Source: Sulfuricaulis sp.
Lineage (GTDB): Bacteria; Pseudomonadota; Gammaproteobacteria; Acidiferrobacterales; Sulfurifustaceae
Direction: 5' to 3'
Assembly: GCA_024654125.1 (NCBI GenBank)
Contig: JANLIC010000007.1
Span: forward strand, 1 to 63,252
DNA length: 63,252 nucleotides
This document shows positions 41,086 through 50,596 of this stretch, in pieces. Position 1 is the first letter of the stretch. Each line of letters begins with the position of its first letter. The notes beneath the pieces were generated by a model. It was given only the letters and a program-made list of their open reading frames with translations. It ran no database searches and had not been told where the DNA came from. The translations under genes and the position numbers were made by a program.

Positions 41086-43395
41086 ATGAATGCCAAAACA
41101 TTTACAAAAACAGAAAAACAAGAATACCAGGAGGCCCGGCTACCCAGCTATCAATCGATATTGCTGGCCACCGATTCGTCGGATCATGCCAATCGCGGTC
41201 TCAGCGATGCGATCGTGCTCGCCAAGCAGTTTGGCGCCAACATTACGGCCACCCATGTGTATGCGGCCAAGATGCATGATTTACGTTTCCGGCATATGGA
41301 AGGCGGCCTGCCGGAGAAATTCCGTCAGGAGCATGAACTGGAACGACAACGGGACGTGCATGACGATCTTATTACGCGCGGCCTATCCATTATATCCGAC
41401 TCTTACCTGGACCGGGTCGCCCACGCCTGTAACGAATCCGCCGTCCCATTGACGCGTTGTGTGCTGGAAGGAAAAAATTATCGAGCCTTGGTGACGGAAA
41501 CCAACAGCAGTCACTACGACCTGCTCATCATGGGCGCGCTCGGACTCGGTGCGGTGGAAGGCAGTCGCCTCGGTACGGTTTGTCAACGCGTTGCGCGACG
41601 GACAGACATTGATACCTTGGTCATAAAAGAGCCAAGCCGTTCTATCGCCGAAGGACCCGTCGTGGTGGCGGTAGACGGCTCGCCCAAGGCCTACGGCGGG
41701 CTGTTAACGGCCTTGTCCCTGGCGCAACAGCGGAAGCTACCGGTAACGGTCGTCGCGGCATTCGATCCGTACTTTCATTATGTCGCGTTTAACCGTATCG
41801 CCGGCGTGCTCTCCGAAGAGGCGGGCAAGGTGTTCCGATTCAAGGAGCAAGAAAAGCTGCACGAGGAGATCATCGATTCCGGCCTGGCCAAGATCTACCA
41901 AGGCCACCTGGATGTCGCGGTCACCGTCGCCCGGGAACACGGCATGGACGTCGAGCCGGTGCTGCTGGCCGGCAAGCCCCATGACGCCATTGCCAAATAC
42001 CTGCGCCAGGTCAATCCCGCCCTGCTGGTGATCGGCAAAACCGGCATCCACGCCGACCCCGGCCTGGACATCGGCGGTAATGCCGAGAACCTGCTCTACG
42101 ACGCGGACTGCGCCGTACTGCTCAGCCAACGTGAATATCGGCCGCGCGTCGACGTGGTGGCCGATGTGACCACCTCCTGGACCCATGAAGCGGAACACGC
42201 CATGCAAAAGGTGCCAGCGTTCGTGCGCAATATGGCGCGCATGGCCATACTACGTTACGCCCAGGAGCGCGGGCACACCGTGATCACCGAAAAAATCGTC
42301 GAACAAGCTACCGCTGAGCTGTGTCCAGGTCATGCCAAGCAGGCCATGGCCGAGATCGTGGCTAAAAAAATGGGGTCGGAGTCGACTAACCCGGAACCAC
42401 CTATCAACTCTGATTCCACCGAATCGGTTATCGACTCCGACCCCATTTTTTCTGATATTTCCAAACCGGAGGTGGGTGCGCCGATGGTATGGAGCGACGC
42501 GGCGATGGCATTGTTGGAAACCGTGGCGAATCACGCCATACGCCAGAATCTGCGTCAACGCGCCGAGAAGAAAGCGCGGACCGATGGCAGCAGCTGTGTA
42601 CGACCGGAACATATCGACCATTTTCTGCCGAAAGCTGACGGCACCAAGGCAACCCAAGAACCGCTAATGGATCCGGGCAGCGGCCCTGTCAACCCTGAGG
42701 ATGTCGGTAGCCCGAAACCGAATACGCAAAGCGCGTTTCATTGGCACGCCGCTGCCCTCGCGCGCGTGATGCGAATCCCCAAGGGGTTCATGCGCGACGC
42801 CTCGTGCGTCCACATTGAACAGCACGCCCGTGAGCACGGACTCACGGAAATCACCTTGGATGTCGCGGAACAAGGTCTGGCCGAAGCCCGAAAGGTCATG
42901 CAAGCCACGATGCGCGCCAATCACGAATTGCTTTCCAGCAACACGGCGGTGTCCGGGCAGAGCAGGTGCCCGTTTTCCAAGCGCGCCGAAGGCACTGCAC
43001 AAGGCCCGGTCATGCCCTGGTCGGAGGGGGCAGAGACACAGTTAACGAACGTGCCATTGGGCTTTTGCCGCGACATGACGCGCAAGGCGGCCGAAACCAT
43101 CGCCGCGCAAAGCGGCAAGACCGAAATTGACGAGCCGTTCGTGCAGAAGCTGATCAAGACCTTTGAGGCGGGCTCAAGCGCAGCGCACGAAACGATGCCT
43201 TGGGACGACGCCGCGCGCGGGCGTATCGCCAAGGCGCCGGACATGATCCGCGGCATGCTGATCAAAGAGATCGAGGCATGGACCAGACGCCACAACATGA
43301 AACACGTCAATGAAGATGCGGTCCGGGCCGTGAAGCAGCTGTGGCAACAGAAAGGCCAGTTCCACCTCGACCCTGACGACCCACGTTCGCAGTAA
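41086..43395 (+). CDS. Tandem universal stress protein domains plus five PCP_red (BchB C-terminal-like) repeats
   Basis: ILLATDSS...LLIMGALG..GS.LG; VVAVDGS...LVIGKTG...IGGNAE; five W-x-x-x-A...(VP/IP/AP).F/M.R-type repeats. Confidence 0.8.
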   Translation: MNAKTFTKTEKQEYQEARLPSYQSILLATDSSDHANRGLSDAIVLAKQFGANITATHVYAAKMHDLRFRHMEGGLPEKFRQEHELERQRDVHDDLITRGLSIISDSYLDRVAHACNESAVPLTRCVLEGKNYRALVTETNSSHYDLLIMGALGLGAVEGSRLGTVCQRVARRTDIDTLVIKEPSRSIAEGPVVVAVDGSPKAYGGLLTALSLAQQRKLPVTVVAAFDPYFHYVAFNRIAGVLSEEAGKVFRFKEQEKLHEEIIDSGLAKIYQGHLDVAVTVAREHGMDVEPVLLAGKPHDAIAKYLRQVNPALLVIGKTGIHADPGLDIGGNAENLLYDADCAVLLSQREYRPRVDVVADVTTSWTHEAEHAMQKVPAFVRNMARMAILRYAQERGHTVITEKIVEQATAELCPGHAKQAMAEIVAKKMGSESTNPEPPINSDSTESVIDSDPIFSDISKPEVGAPMVWSDAAMALLETVANHAIRQNLRQRAEKKARTDGSSCVRPEHIDHFLPKADGTKATQEPLMDPGSGPVNPEDVGSPKPNTQSAFHWHAAALARVMRIPKGFMRDASCVHIEQHAREHGLTEITLDVAEQGLAEARKVMQATMRANHELLSSNTAVSGQSRCPFSKRAEGTAQGPVMPWSEGAETQLTNVPLGFCRDMTRKAAETIAAQSGKTEIDEPFVQKLIKTFEAGSSAAHETMPWDDAARGRIAKAPDMIRGMLIKEIEAWTRRHNMKHVNEDAVRAVKQLWQQKGQFHLDPDDPRSQ

Positions 43396-43400
43396 GACGA

Positions 43401-44723
43401 ATGGAAGGATTTAACGCACATGCAGCGCCAACGATAACCGGGAAAGGCGCTGTCCATGATCTTTACCTGCTGGCCATAAACCTGACCCGCCGTTGCAACC
43501 TGCGTTGTCCGCACTGTTATCTGGACGCAGGCACGCTGCGCGACGGATCACAGGACGAACTGCGCACCACCGAGGTTCAGGAATTACTGAATGACGTCGC
43601 CAGCCGCAGCAACGAAACCATGGTGGTGCTGACCGGCGGGGAGCCTTTGCTGCGGATGGACCTCGAGGACATCATCGCCTTTGGTGCGGAACGCGGGCTG
43701 GCGATGGTGGTGGGTACCAATGGCACCGCGCTCACGGACCGCCGGGTCCGATCGCTCAAACAGGCGGGCGCCCTGGGGGTCGGTATCAGTCTGGATTCGC
43801 TCGATGAAACCTACCACGATCACTTCCGCGGCCTGGCGGGAAGCTGGCAAAAAACCCTGGCGGGGATCGAGGCCTGCCGTCGTCACGCGCTGTCTTTCCA
43901 AATCCATTTTTCCATTACCGACGCCAACGCCCACGAACTGCCGGCCATGATCGACTTCGCCCGCGCCTGCGGCGCTCGCGTATTGAATATTTTTTTCTTG
44001 GTGTGCACCGGCCGCGGGGAGTCGATGTCCGATATCTCGCCGCTCCGCTGTGAACAGGTGCTGCGCGCATTGGTCGCCGCGCAATCGCAACACACCGATA
44101 TAATCATCCGCGCCCGCTGCGCGCCCCATTTCAAACGCATCGCCCATCAACACGACCCGGACTCGCGCCTGAATCGCATCAGCGGCAGGGACGGCGATGG
44201 CTGTATCGCCGGCATCCATTACTGCCGCATAACCCCGGAGGGTGGCGTCACTGCCTGCCCTTACATCCCGGACGAAGCAGGCAATGTTCGTCAACAACGC
44301 CTCCTGGACATCTGGGATCACGGATCCGAATTCCAACGCCTGCGCGTGCCGGTGCTGCGCGGCAAGTGTGGCGACTGCGAATACCATCTGTTGTGCGGCG
44401 GCTGCCGCGCGCGGCCGCGGGCCTTGGACGGCGATCTCATGGGCGCCGACCCGTTGTGCGCCTACGTGCCTAAGGGAGGCCGCGCGATCGTTCCGCTGTC
44501 CGATATCGAAGGCCCATGCATACACTGGGACAGCGAGGCCAGCCTACGGCTAGCGCGCGTTCCGGCGTTCCTGCGCCGGCTAATCAAAAAACGCGCAGAG
44601 GCCTATGTCGCCGCGCTTGGCGAGGCCTTGGTAACCGCGGACCATCTGGCCACCTTGTCGGCACGGCGTTTTGGCGGCAACGGCCCGAAGCGACCCGGCT
44701 TTTTTAAGGAGCCACAAAAATGA
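43401..44723 (+). CDS. Radical SAM/SPASM protein (AhbD/NirJ-like) with C-terminal PCP_red domain
   Basis: CNLRCPHC, LTGGEPL, CIAG..YCRITPEGGVTACPY, CGDCEYHLLCGGCRAR...DPLC, WDSEASLRLARVPAFLR. Confidence 0.85.
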   Translation: MEGFNAHAAPTITGKGAVHDLYLLAINLTRRCNLRCPHCYLDAGTLRDGSQDELRTTEVQELLNDVASRSNETMVVLTGGEPLLRMDLEDIIAFGAERGLAMVVGTNGTALTDRRVRSLKQAGALGVGISLDSLDETYHDHFRGLAGSWQKTLAGIEACRRHALSFQIHFSITDANAHELPAMIDFARACGARVLNIFFLVCTGRGESMSDISPLRCEQVLRALVAAQSQHTDIIIRARCAPHFKRIAHQHDPDSRLNRISGRDGDGCIAGIHYCRITPEGGVTACPYIPDEAGNVRQQRLLDIWDHGSEFQRLRVPVLRGKCGDCEYHLLCGGCRARPRALDGDLMGADPLCAYVPKGGRAIVPLSDIEGPCIHWDSEASLRLARVPAFLRRLIKKRAEAYVAALGEALVTADHLATLSARRFGGNGPKRPGFFKEPQK

Positions 44724-46138
44724 CCGGCATCGACGTCCTGGTGGTAGGCGGTGGGATCTCGGGTCTGTCCAGCGCTTGGTGGCTGGCCCGCGCCGGGTTT
44801 TCGGTGGAGGTATGGGAGGCCGGAGATCGCCCAGGCGGGAAAATCTTAAGCCAACGCCAAGACGGCTATCTTACGGAACGTGCGGCGGCGATGGTCATGA
44901 ACTTCCGCCCCGAGGTCGTTGAGTTGGTGCGCGAAGCCGGTCTGGAACCGGCCAAAACCAAACGTTCGCCGGCTGCCGCGGCACGTCGCTACTTGTTGCA
45001 TCAGGGACGACTGGAAAGCCTGCCCATGCGTCTTGGGGCGTTCATGACCTCCCCGCTGTGGAGCCTGCGCGGCAAGCTGCGCATGCTGGCAGAACCCTTT
45101 ATTCCAGCGAGCGGCGATGAAAATGAAAGCGTGAGTCAATTCATCACCCGACGTCTGGGCCGGGAAGTACTGGAAAAAGCCATGGAACCGTTCGTGGCCG
45201 GGACCCTGGCGGCTGACCCCGACCGGGCCTGCGCCGCGTCTACGCTTCCCCGGCTTACTGCGCTGGAACGACGTTACGGCAGCATCACCGCCGGCATTGT
45301 GGCGAACCGCCTGCTGCACCGGCGCCAGGGCTGTGTCACCGATACGTTTTCATTCCAGGGCGGCATGAATACCCTAATAAATAATCTGGCCCGAACCCAT
45401 GGGGTCCAGTTGTACACCCGCCACACCGTCCAGGAGCTGGTCCGCGAGCAAACCGGCTGGCGGGTGACGGCCATGACACCGGCGGGTGAACGGTCCCTGC
45501 AGGTGCCCCGGGTCGTGCTTGCGACCCCCGCCCCCGCGGCGGCCTCGTTGCTTGCAGGCTTGGATGCGGAGTTGGCTGACCTGCTGCGCGGGATCCGCTA
45601 CGCGCCGGTTACCGTAGTGCATCTGGGGCTGGATCGGGCCAGCGTGCAGCATCCGTTGGACGGTACCGGGTTTCTGGTCCCCAGGCAGGAAGGCCGGCAT
45701 CTGACGGGCAACCTGTGGATGAGCACCCTGTTCCCGAACCGGGCGCCCGCGGGCAAGGTTCTGTTGTGCGCCTACCTCGGGGGCGCGCGCTCACCCGAGG
45801 TACGGGACTGGGACGATAATCATATCGTGGCCGAGACATTACGCGCGCTGCGCAAATATCTGGGGCTCAAGGCCGAACCGGAGATGGTCCGCATCGATCG
45901 ACACCCGCAGGCCTTGCCTCTCTATCACGGCGCCTACCAAGCGCGCATGCAGGCGATCGGAGCCCGCCTAAGCAAATTCTCGGGGCTTTACTTGGAGGCC
46001 AACTACCAAGGCGGGGTGTCGGTGCGCGACCGCATTGCCCGTGGCCGTACACTGGCAAAGCAGATCCAGGCAGCGGAGCGCCACGCGCCTGGCCGCCTTG
46101 CACCTCTCGCTCTTCCGGCTCTGGGGCCAGACGGCTGA
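44720..46138 (+). CDS. hemY: Protoporphyrinogen/coproporphyrinogen oxidase, HemY type
   Basis: VVGGGISGL FAD motif, ESVSQFITRRLG, PLDGTGFLVP, STLFPNRAP, ALPLY..G. Confidence 0.85.
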   Translation: MTGIDVLVVGGGISGLSSAWWLARAGFSVEVWEAGDRPGGKILSQRQDGYLTERAAAMVMNFRPEVVELVREAGLEPAKTKRSPAAAARRYLLHQGRLESLPMRLGAFMTSPLWSLRGKLRMLAEPFIPASGDENESVSQFITRRLGREVLEKAMEPFVAGTLAADPDRACAASTLPRLTALERRYGSITAGIVANRLLHRRQGCVTDTFSFQGGMNTLINNLARTHGVQLYTRHTVQELVREQTGWRVTAMTPAGERSLQVPRVVLATPAPAAASLLAGLDAELADLLRGIRYAPVTVVHLGLDRASVQHPLDGTGFLVPRQEGRHLTGNLWMSTLFPNRAPAGKVLLCAYLGGARSPEVRDWDDNHIVAETLRALRKYLGLKAEPEMVRIDRHPQALPLYHGAYQARMQAIGARLSKFSGLYLEANYQGGVSVRDRIARGRTLAKQIQAAERHAPGRLAPLALPALGPDG

Positions 46139-46312
46139 GGCCCGGCCCGTGCCATGACTACCCGGGAACGGGCCAGTGATAACAAAATCACGGAGGGGTT
46201 ACACTCCTGATGTATCGTTGTGACGGTATTCTCTTCTTTGACGTTGATTACCAGGGGAGTTTTGCATGGGTAACGCGGCGGGGCGTCAAACGACATTCCC
46301 GAGGGTAGGCGC

Positions 46313-47123
46313 ATGGATGCGCACTCTCGCCAGCGTACGGAGCGCGCGCGGCACGGCGCCGCGTACGAATCCCAAGCAATCTGTTTTTTCTGGTATGTAC
46401 CGGCCGCGGCGTTACCCAGACGGATCTTTCCGCGGCGGCTTACGAGGAGACGCTGTGCGACATAGACCGGTTGCAACGGGAACGACCGTCGTTAAGGATT
46501 CGCGCGCGCTGCGCGCCCTACATGCATGCGGCGCGTGCGGGGGTTGCACGTGGGTGAACAGGGCGAGGGTTATGCCGAGTGGCCCAGCGCCTGCCTGGCT
46601 GGGAGAAAATATTTTCGTATTACACCGCAGGGGACCGTTACCCCTTGCCCCTACCTGCCTGGAACCGTTGGCGATTTGCGTACCCAGACGTTGCGGGGAG
46701 TCTGGGAGCAAAACGTTGAACTACAGCGTTTGCGCACGGAATATCCCGGCGGCAAGTGCGGGGCGTGCGATTATCGCCTGAGCTGCGGCGGCTGCCGCGC
46801 GCGCGCTTATGCCGCCTGCGGCGACATCATGGCCGAGGATCCGAAGTGTCCTTATATACCCGCCGCAGACGCCGGACCTGAAACCCGGATCGAGCCGGCG
46901 GCTCCGCCGCTCACGTGGACACCCGAGGCGCGTGCGCGGCTGACGCGCATCCCGGCATTTCTGCGCGGGGCGGATCCGGGCGCGACTCGAAGAGCGCGCG
47001 CGGGCGCAGGGGTTGAGCGAAATCGGCACTGAGTTTATGGCCGCCCACCGACCCGGATTCCTGACCGAAACGGTACACCATACCGGCGCGGTCATCGCGG
47101 GCGAGCCGATGCAGGACAAATGA
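46313..47123 (+). pseudogene. Second radical SAM/SPASM-PCP_red paralogue, with an internal deletion and two frameshifts
   Basis: N-terminus jumps to NLFFLVCTGRG...IRARCAPYM (CxxxCxxC region lost); catg duplication near 46521-46528; CLAG..YFRITPQG, CGACDYRLSCGGCRAR; extra G near 46966-46969. Confidence 0.8.
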
Positions 47124-47265
47124 AAGGATATCGGTAATCTCACGGTCTTATAATGTGTATCCAGATCGAGGCAGAGTCCGCGTTCCCTCGGCTGGGTGTG
47201 GAGCGTGCGCGGTGCGACTGTGTGTGAATCCCAAGTGTGTTTTTCCATAGCATAGGAGGAGTGAA

Positions 47266-47541
47266 ATGAAAGATAGCAATGCGTTGATAAGAGCTGCACT
47301 GATAGGTCTCGTGGCAATGGGTGTCGGTGCGTTTACCATGACTGCTTCGGCTGGCAAAGCCGGCATGGAGAAGTGCGCCGGCATCGTCAAGGCCGGCAAG
47401 AACGACTGCGGCACCAGCGCCCATGCCTGCGCCGGCCAGTCCACGAAGAACGGCGACGCCCAGGAATGGGTCTACGTCCCGGTCGGCACCTGCGACAAGA
47501 TCGTCGGCGCGAAAGTCGTGGCGGCGGCGCCGAAGAAGTAA
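47266..47541 (+). CDS. DUF2282 / BufA1-type bufferin precursor peptide
   Basis: Signal peptide plus [15 protein letters not shown]...HACAGQS...[15 protein letters not shown] (four Cys); strong RBS aggagg. Confidence 0.88.
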   Translation: MKDSNALIRAALIGLVAMGVGAFTMTASAGKAGMEKCAGIVKAGKNDCGTSAHACAGQSTKNGDAQEWVYVPVGTCDKIVGAKVVAAAPKK

Positions 47542-47544
47542 GCC

Positions 47545-48045
47545 ATGCCGCCGGGCCGGCGATGTTCGCCGGTGCCGGCGGCTCGTTGCGGCCATCCCAC
47601 TATGCGTGTAACCGGTCTGGGCTTCGGTATTCTGGTCGTGGCGACGCTTAATCTTCTCGGCGCCGCCGCGGCCGGCGAGGCCGGGTCGCCGGGCTGGCGC
47701 GAATGGTCGCCGCAAGTGTTCGAGCAGGCCCGGCGCGAATCGCGATTGGTGCTGCTCGACGTGGTCGCCGAGTGGTGCCAGCTCTGCAAGAAAATGGATC
47801 TCACCGCCTATCGCGATCCGAAGGTGCTCGGGCTGATCGGACAACGTTATATCGCGGTTCGCGCCGACATCGATAAGGAACCGGAGATCAGGCAACGTTA
47901 CGGCGACTACGGCGTGCCGGCGGTGGTCATCCTCGACGGCGGAGGCAACGAGATCATCAGGCGCCGGGGCTACCTCACGCCGGAATGGCTGTACTGGATG
48001 CTGGTGGCGGTGGCTGACAATCCCGACCCTGCGGCCCACCGCTAG
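47545..48045 (+). CDS. Thioredoxin-like (DUF255-type) exported protein (start may be 47602)
   Basis: W..W....FEQARRESRLVLLDVVAEWCQLCKKMD...YGVPAVVIL. Confidence 0.78.
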   Translation: MPPGRRCSPVPAARCGHPTMRVTGLGFGILVVATLNLLGAAAAGEAGSPGWREWSPQVFEQARRESRLVLLDVVAEWCQLCKKMDLTAYRDPKVLGLIGQRYIAVRADIDKEPEIRQRYGDYGVPAVVILDGGGNEIIRRRGYLTPEWLYWMLVAVADNPDPAAHR

Positions 48046-48077
48046 TGTCGTGCCTCGCAAATAACTTTCTTAAGTTC

Positions 48078-48308
48078 GTAGCCTGGATGGAGCGCAGCGA
48101 CAAAATCGTTGGGTGAGGCGGGGTCTTCGCGAACATAATGTATGTTCGCGCCGCCGAACGGGTGCGACGGGTTTGGTTGCACCCCGGGCAGCAACGTTGG
48201 ACAGCCGAAGGCTGACCCGCAGGGCGGAGTCCAGGGACGGACTCCGCCAATCCAGGTAATCGCGAAGAAACCCCCGGATTGCGGCATGGCGTGCCTCCAT
48301 CGGGCTAC
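48078..48308. repeat. GTAG-type REP-like composite palindrome
   Basis: gtagcctggatggag ... ctccatcgggctac inverted ends enclosing several hairpins. Confidence 0.55.
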
Positions 48309-48377
48309 AAGAGGAGTAATTTTCGATTCGTGAATTATGTAATTTATTTCTGGGACACGACACTAGGATAAAGAACG

Positions 48378-48917
48378 ATGGACCGGCGTACGTTTCTCAT
48401 CCACTTCGGGGGCCTCGCGGCGGCACCAGCACTGTCGTCGCTGCTCACCGGCTGTGCCTCGCCGGTGCGCGAGGCACTTGCCCCGCCGCCCGGGTTTGAC
48501 TGGCGAACGCTCGCGGCGGTGCAGGCGCACTTGCTGCCCTCCGAGTCCAGCGCGCCGGGCGCCCGCGAGATTCACGCCGAGGCGTATCTGCGCGGGGTGC
48601 TCGCCGACCCGAAACTCGCCCCCGCCGACCGCGCATTTCTGATCGATGGTGTGGAGTCGATCGGCAAACTCGCGCGCGGCATGACCGGCAAACATTTCGT
48701 CGAGTTATCGCACGATGAACGCGAAGCCGTTTTGCGCGGCTTCGGGGAGATGCCCGAGGGCGAGCGCTGGCTCGAAGAGATGCTCGGCTACCTGATGGAG
48801 GCGCTGCTCGGCGATCCGGTCTACGGTGGGAATCCGGACGGTGTCGGCTGGCAGTGGCTGGCGCACAACCCGGGTTTCCCGCGACCGCCGGCGGACAAGC
48901 GCTACTTTCTATTATGA
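48378..48917 (+). CDS. Gluconate 2-dehydrogenase subunit 3 family protein (Tat)
   Basis: MDRRTFL, PGARE, DPVYGGNPDGVGWQWL. Confidence 0.85.
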   Translation: MDRRTFLIHFGGLAAAPALSSLLTGCASPVREALAPPPGFDWRTLAAVQAHLLPSESSAPGAREIHAEAYLRGVLADPKLAPADRAFLIDGVESIGKLARGMTGKHFVELSHDEREAVLRGFGEMPEGERWLEEMLGYLMEALLGDPVYGGNPDGVGWQWLAHNPGFPRPPADKRYFLL

Positions 48918-50596
48918 GAGACGAGTTCGATATCTGCGTGATCGGCGGCGGCGCGGGTGGCGGTGTGGCGGCGTTCGCGCTGGCGCAGGCCGGTTACGAC
49001 GTTGTCATCCTCGAAAAAGGGCCGTGGCTCACCGAGAAGGATTTCTACAAGGACGAGATCGCCTGCTGCCGTCGGCGCACGTACGTCCCCGACCTCAAGG
49101 ACGAGCCGCATGTGATCGAGACGCGGGAGGAAGACGATCAGCCCTGGCGGGCGCGGCCGACGCCGGGGTCCGGCTGGGATTTCTGGAACGGCAACTGCGT
49201 CGGCGGCTCGTCGAATTTCATGAGCGGCTTTTTTCACCGATTGAAGCCGGTGGATTTCCAGCTGCGTTCGAGCTTCGGTCCGATCGAGGGCGCCAACGTC
49301 GTCGACTGGCCGATTTCTTATGATGATCTCGAACCTTATTATGCAAAGGTCGAGCGCGAAGTGGGCGTCTCGGGCCGGATCGTGCCACACCCGCAGCTCG
49401 AGCCGCGCAGCACGCCGGACTTTCCTTATCCGCCGACGCGCGAGCACCCGATCGCCGGGCTGATCGATGCGTCTTGCAAGAAGCTCGGTTACCACTCGAT
49501 CCCCACCGCGCGCGCGATCCTGTCGCAGCCGGCCATGGGTCGCGGGAGTTGCAGCTACAACGGTTACTGCGGCAGTTACGGCTGCGCCACCGGCGCCAAG
49601 GGCGGCGCGCGTGCCGCGCTCATCGATCGCGCGGTGGCCGGCGGCCGCTGCGAGGTGCGCGCCCATAGTATGGTGGCAAGGCTCGTGAGCGACCGGACCG
49701 GCAAGGTCAGCGCGGCGGAGTACTTCGACAAAAACGGCGTGCGCCGGCGGGTGACCGCGCGCGTCTACGTGGTCGCCTGCCAGGCGATCGAAACCGCGCG
49801 GCTGTTGTTGCGTTCGACCGGCCCGCGTCATCCCCAGGGGCTCGCCAACGGCAGCGGCCAGGTCGGCAGGAACCTGTTGTTCGCCGCGGGTGGCGCCGGC
49901 TCCGGGCGATTGTCTTACAGGAAATTCGGCGAGTCGCTGCATGAGTTCGGTACTTTCGTCAATCGCGCGCTGCTGGATTGGTACGTGATCGACGACCCCG
50001 AATTCGGCCCACGTCAGAAAGGCGGAACGATAGACTTTGTGCATGCGCATCCCGCCCCGATCGCGCGCGCCACGAGCCAGCTGCGCCGCGGCGGCCGGCT
50101 CGTCTGGGGCGCGGAGCTCAAGCGCAACCTCGAGGCGCATTTCCGCGAGGGGCGCGACGTCAAGATCGAGGCCTTCTGCGACTGGCTGCCGCACGACGAC
50201 TGTTACGTCACCCTCGATCCGCGCGTGAAAGACAAGTGGGGACTGCCGGTGGCGCGTGTGCGCGTGGATTTCCACCCGCACAATCTCCAGGTCGGCTGGT
50301 ACCTCGCCGAGAAGGGCGCGCGGGTACTGAAAGAGTTGGGCGCCGAGGACGTGGTGTCCTTCGCCGTCGGTTCGCCGCCGACCAATCTCCAGGCCGGCGG
50401 TTGCCGTTTCGGGAAGGATCCGAAGACCTCGGTGCTGGATCCCGACTGCCGCGCGCACGAGGCGGAGAATCTGTTCGTCACCGACGGCAGCTTCATGCCC
50501 ACGGCGGGCAGCGCGCCCTATACCTTCACGATCTACGCCAACGCCTTCCGCGTGGCCGACCGCATCAAGGCGCAGCTCGGCGGGAGCCGCGCATGA
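48914..50596 (+). CDS. GMC-family flavoprotein oxidoreductase
   Basis: VIGGGAGGG, VGGSS, DWPISYDDLEPYY, C...G.C...GC cluster, GCRFG.DPKTSVLD, NLFVTDGSFMPT. Confidence 0.88.
   Translation: MRDEFDICVIGGGAGGGVAAFALAQAGYDVVILEKGPWLTEKDFYKDEIACCRRRTYVPDLKDEPHVIETREEDDQPWRARPTPGSGWDFWNGNCVGGSSNFMSGFFHRLKPVDFQLRSSFGPIEGANVVDWPISYDDLEPYYAKVEREVGVSGRIVPHPQLEPRSTPDFPYPPTREHPIAGLIDASCKKLGYHSIPTARAILSQPAMGRGSCSYNGYCGSYGCATGAKGGARAALIDRAVAGGRCEVRAHSMVARLVSDRTGKVSAAEYFDKNGVRRRVTARVYVVACQAIETARLLLRSTGPRHPQGLANGSGQVGRNLLFAAGGAGSGRLSYRKFGESLHEFGTFVNRALLDWYVIDDPEFGPRQKGGTIDFVHAHPAPIARATSQLRRGGRLVWGAELKRNLEAHFREGRDVKIEAFCDWLPHDDCYVTLDPRVKDKWGLPVARVRVDFHPHNLQVGWYLAEKGARVLKELGAEDVVSFAVGSPPTNLQAGGCRFGKDPKTSVLDPDCRAHEAENLFVTDGSFMPTAGSAPYTFTIYANAFRVADRIKAQLGGSRA

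Noticed and set aside
41086-43395. Photosynthesis inferred from PCP_red (BchB-like) repeats
   Set aside because: Only the small C-terminal domain is present; there are no bchLNB catalytic domains or reaction-centre genes in the window.
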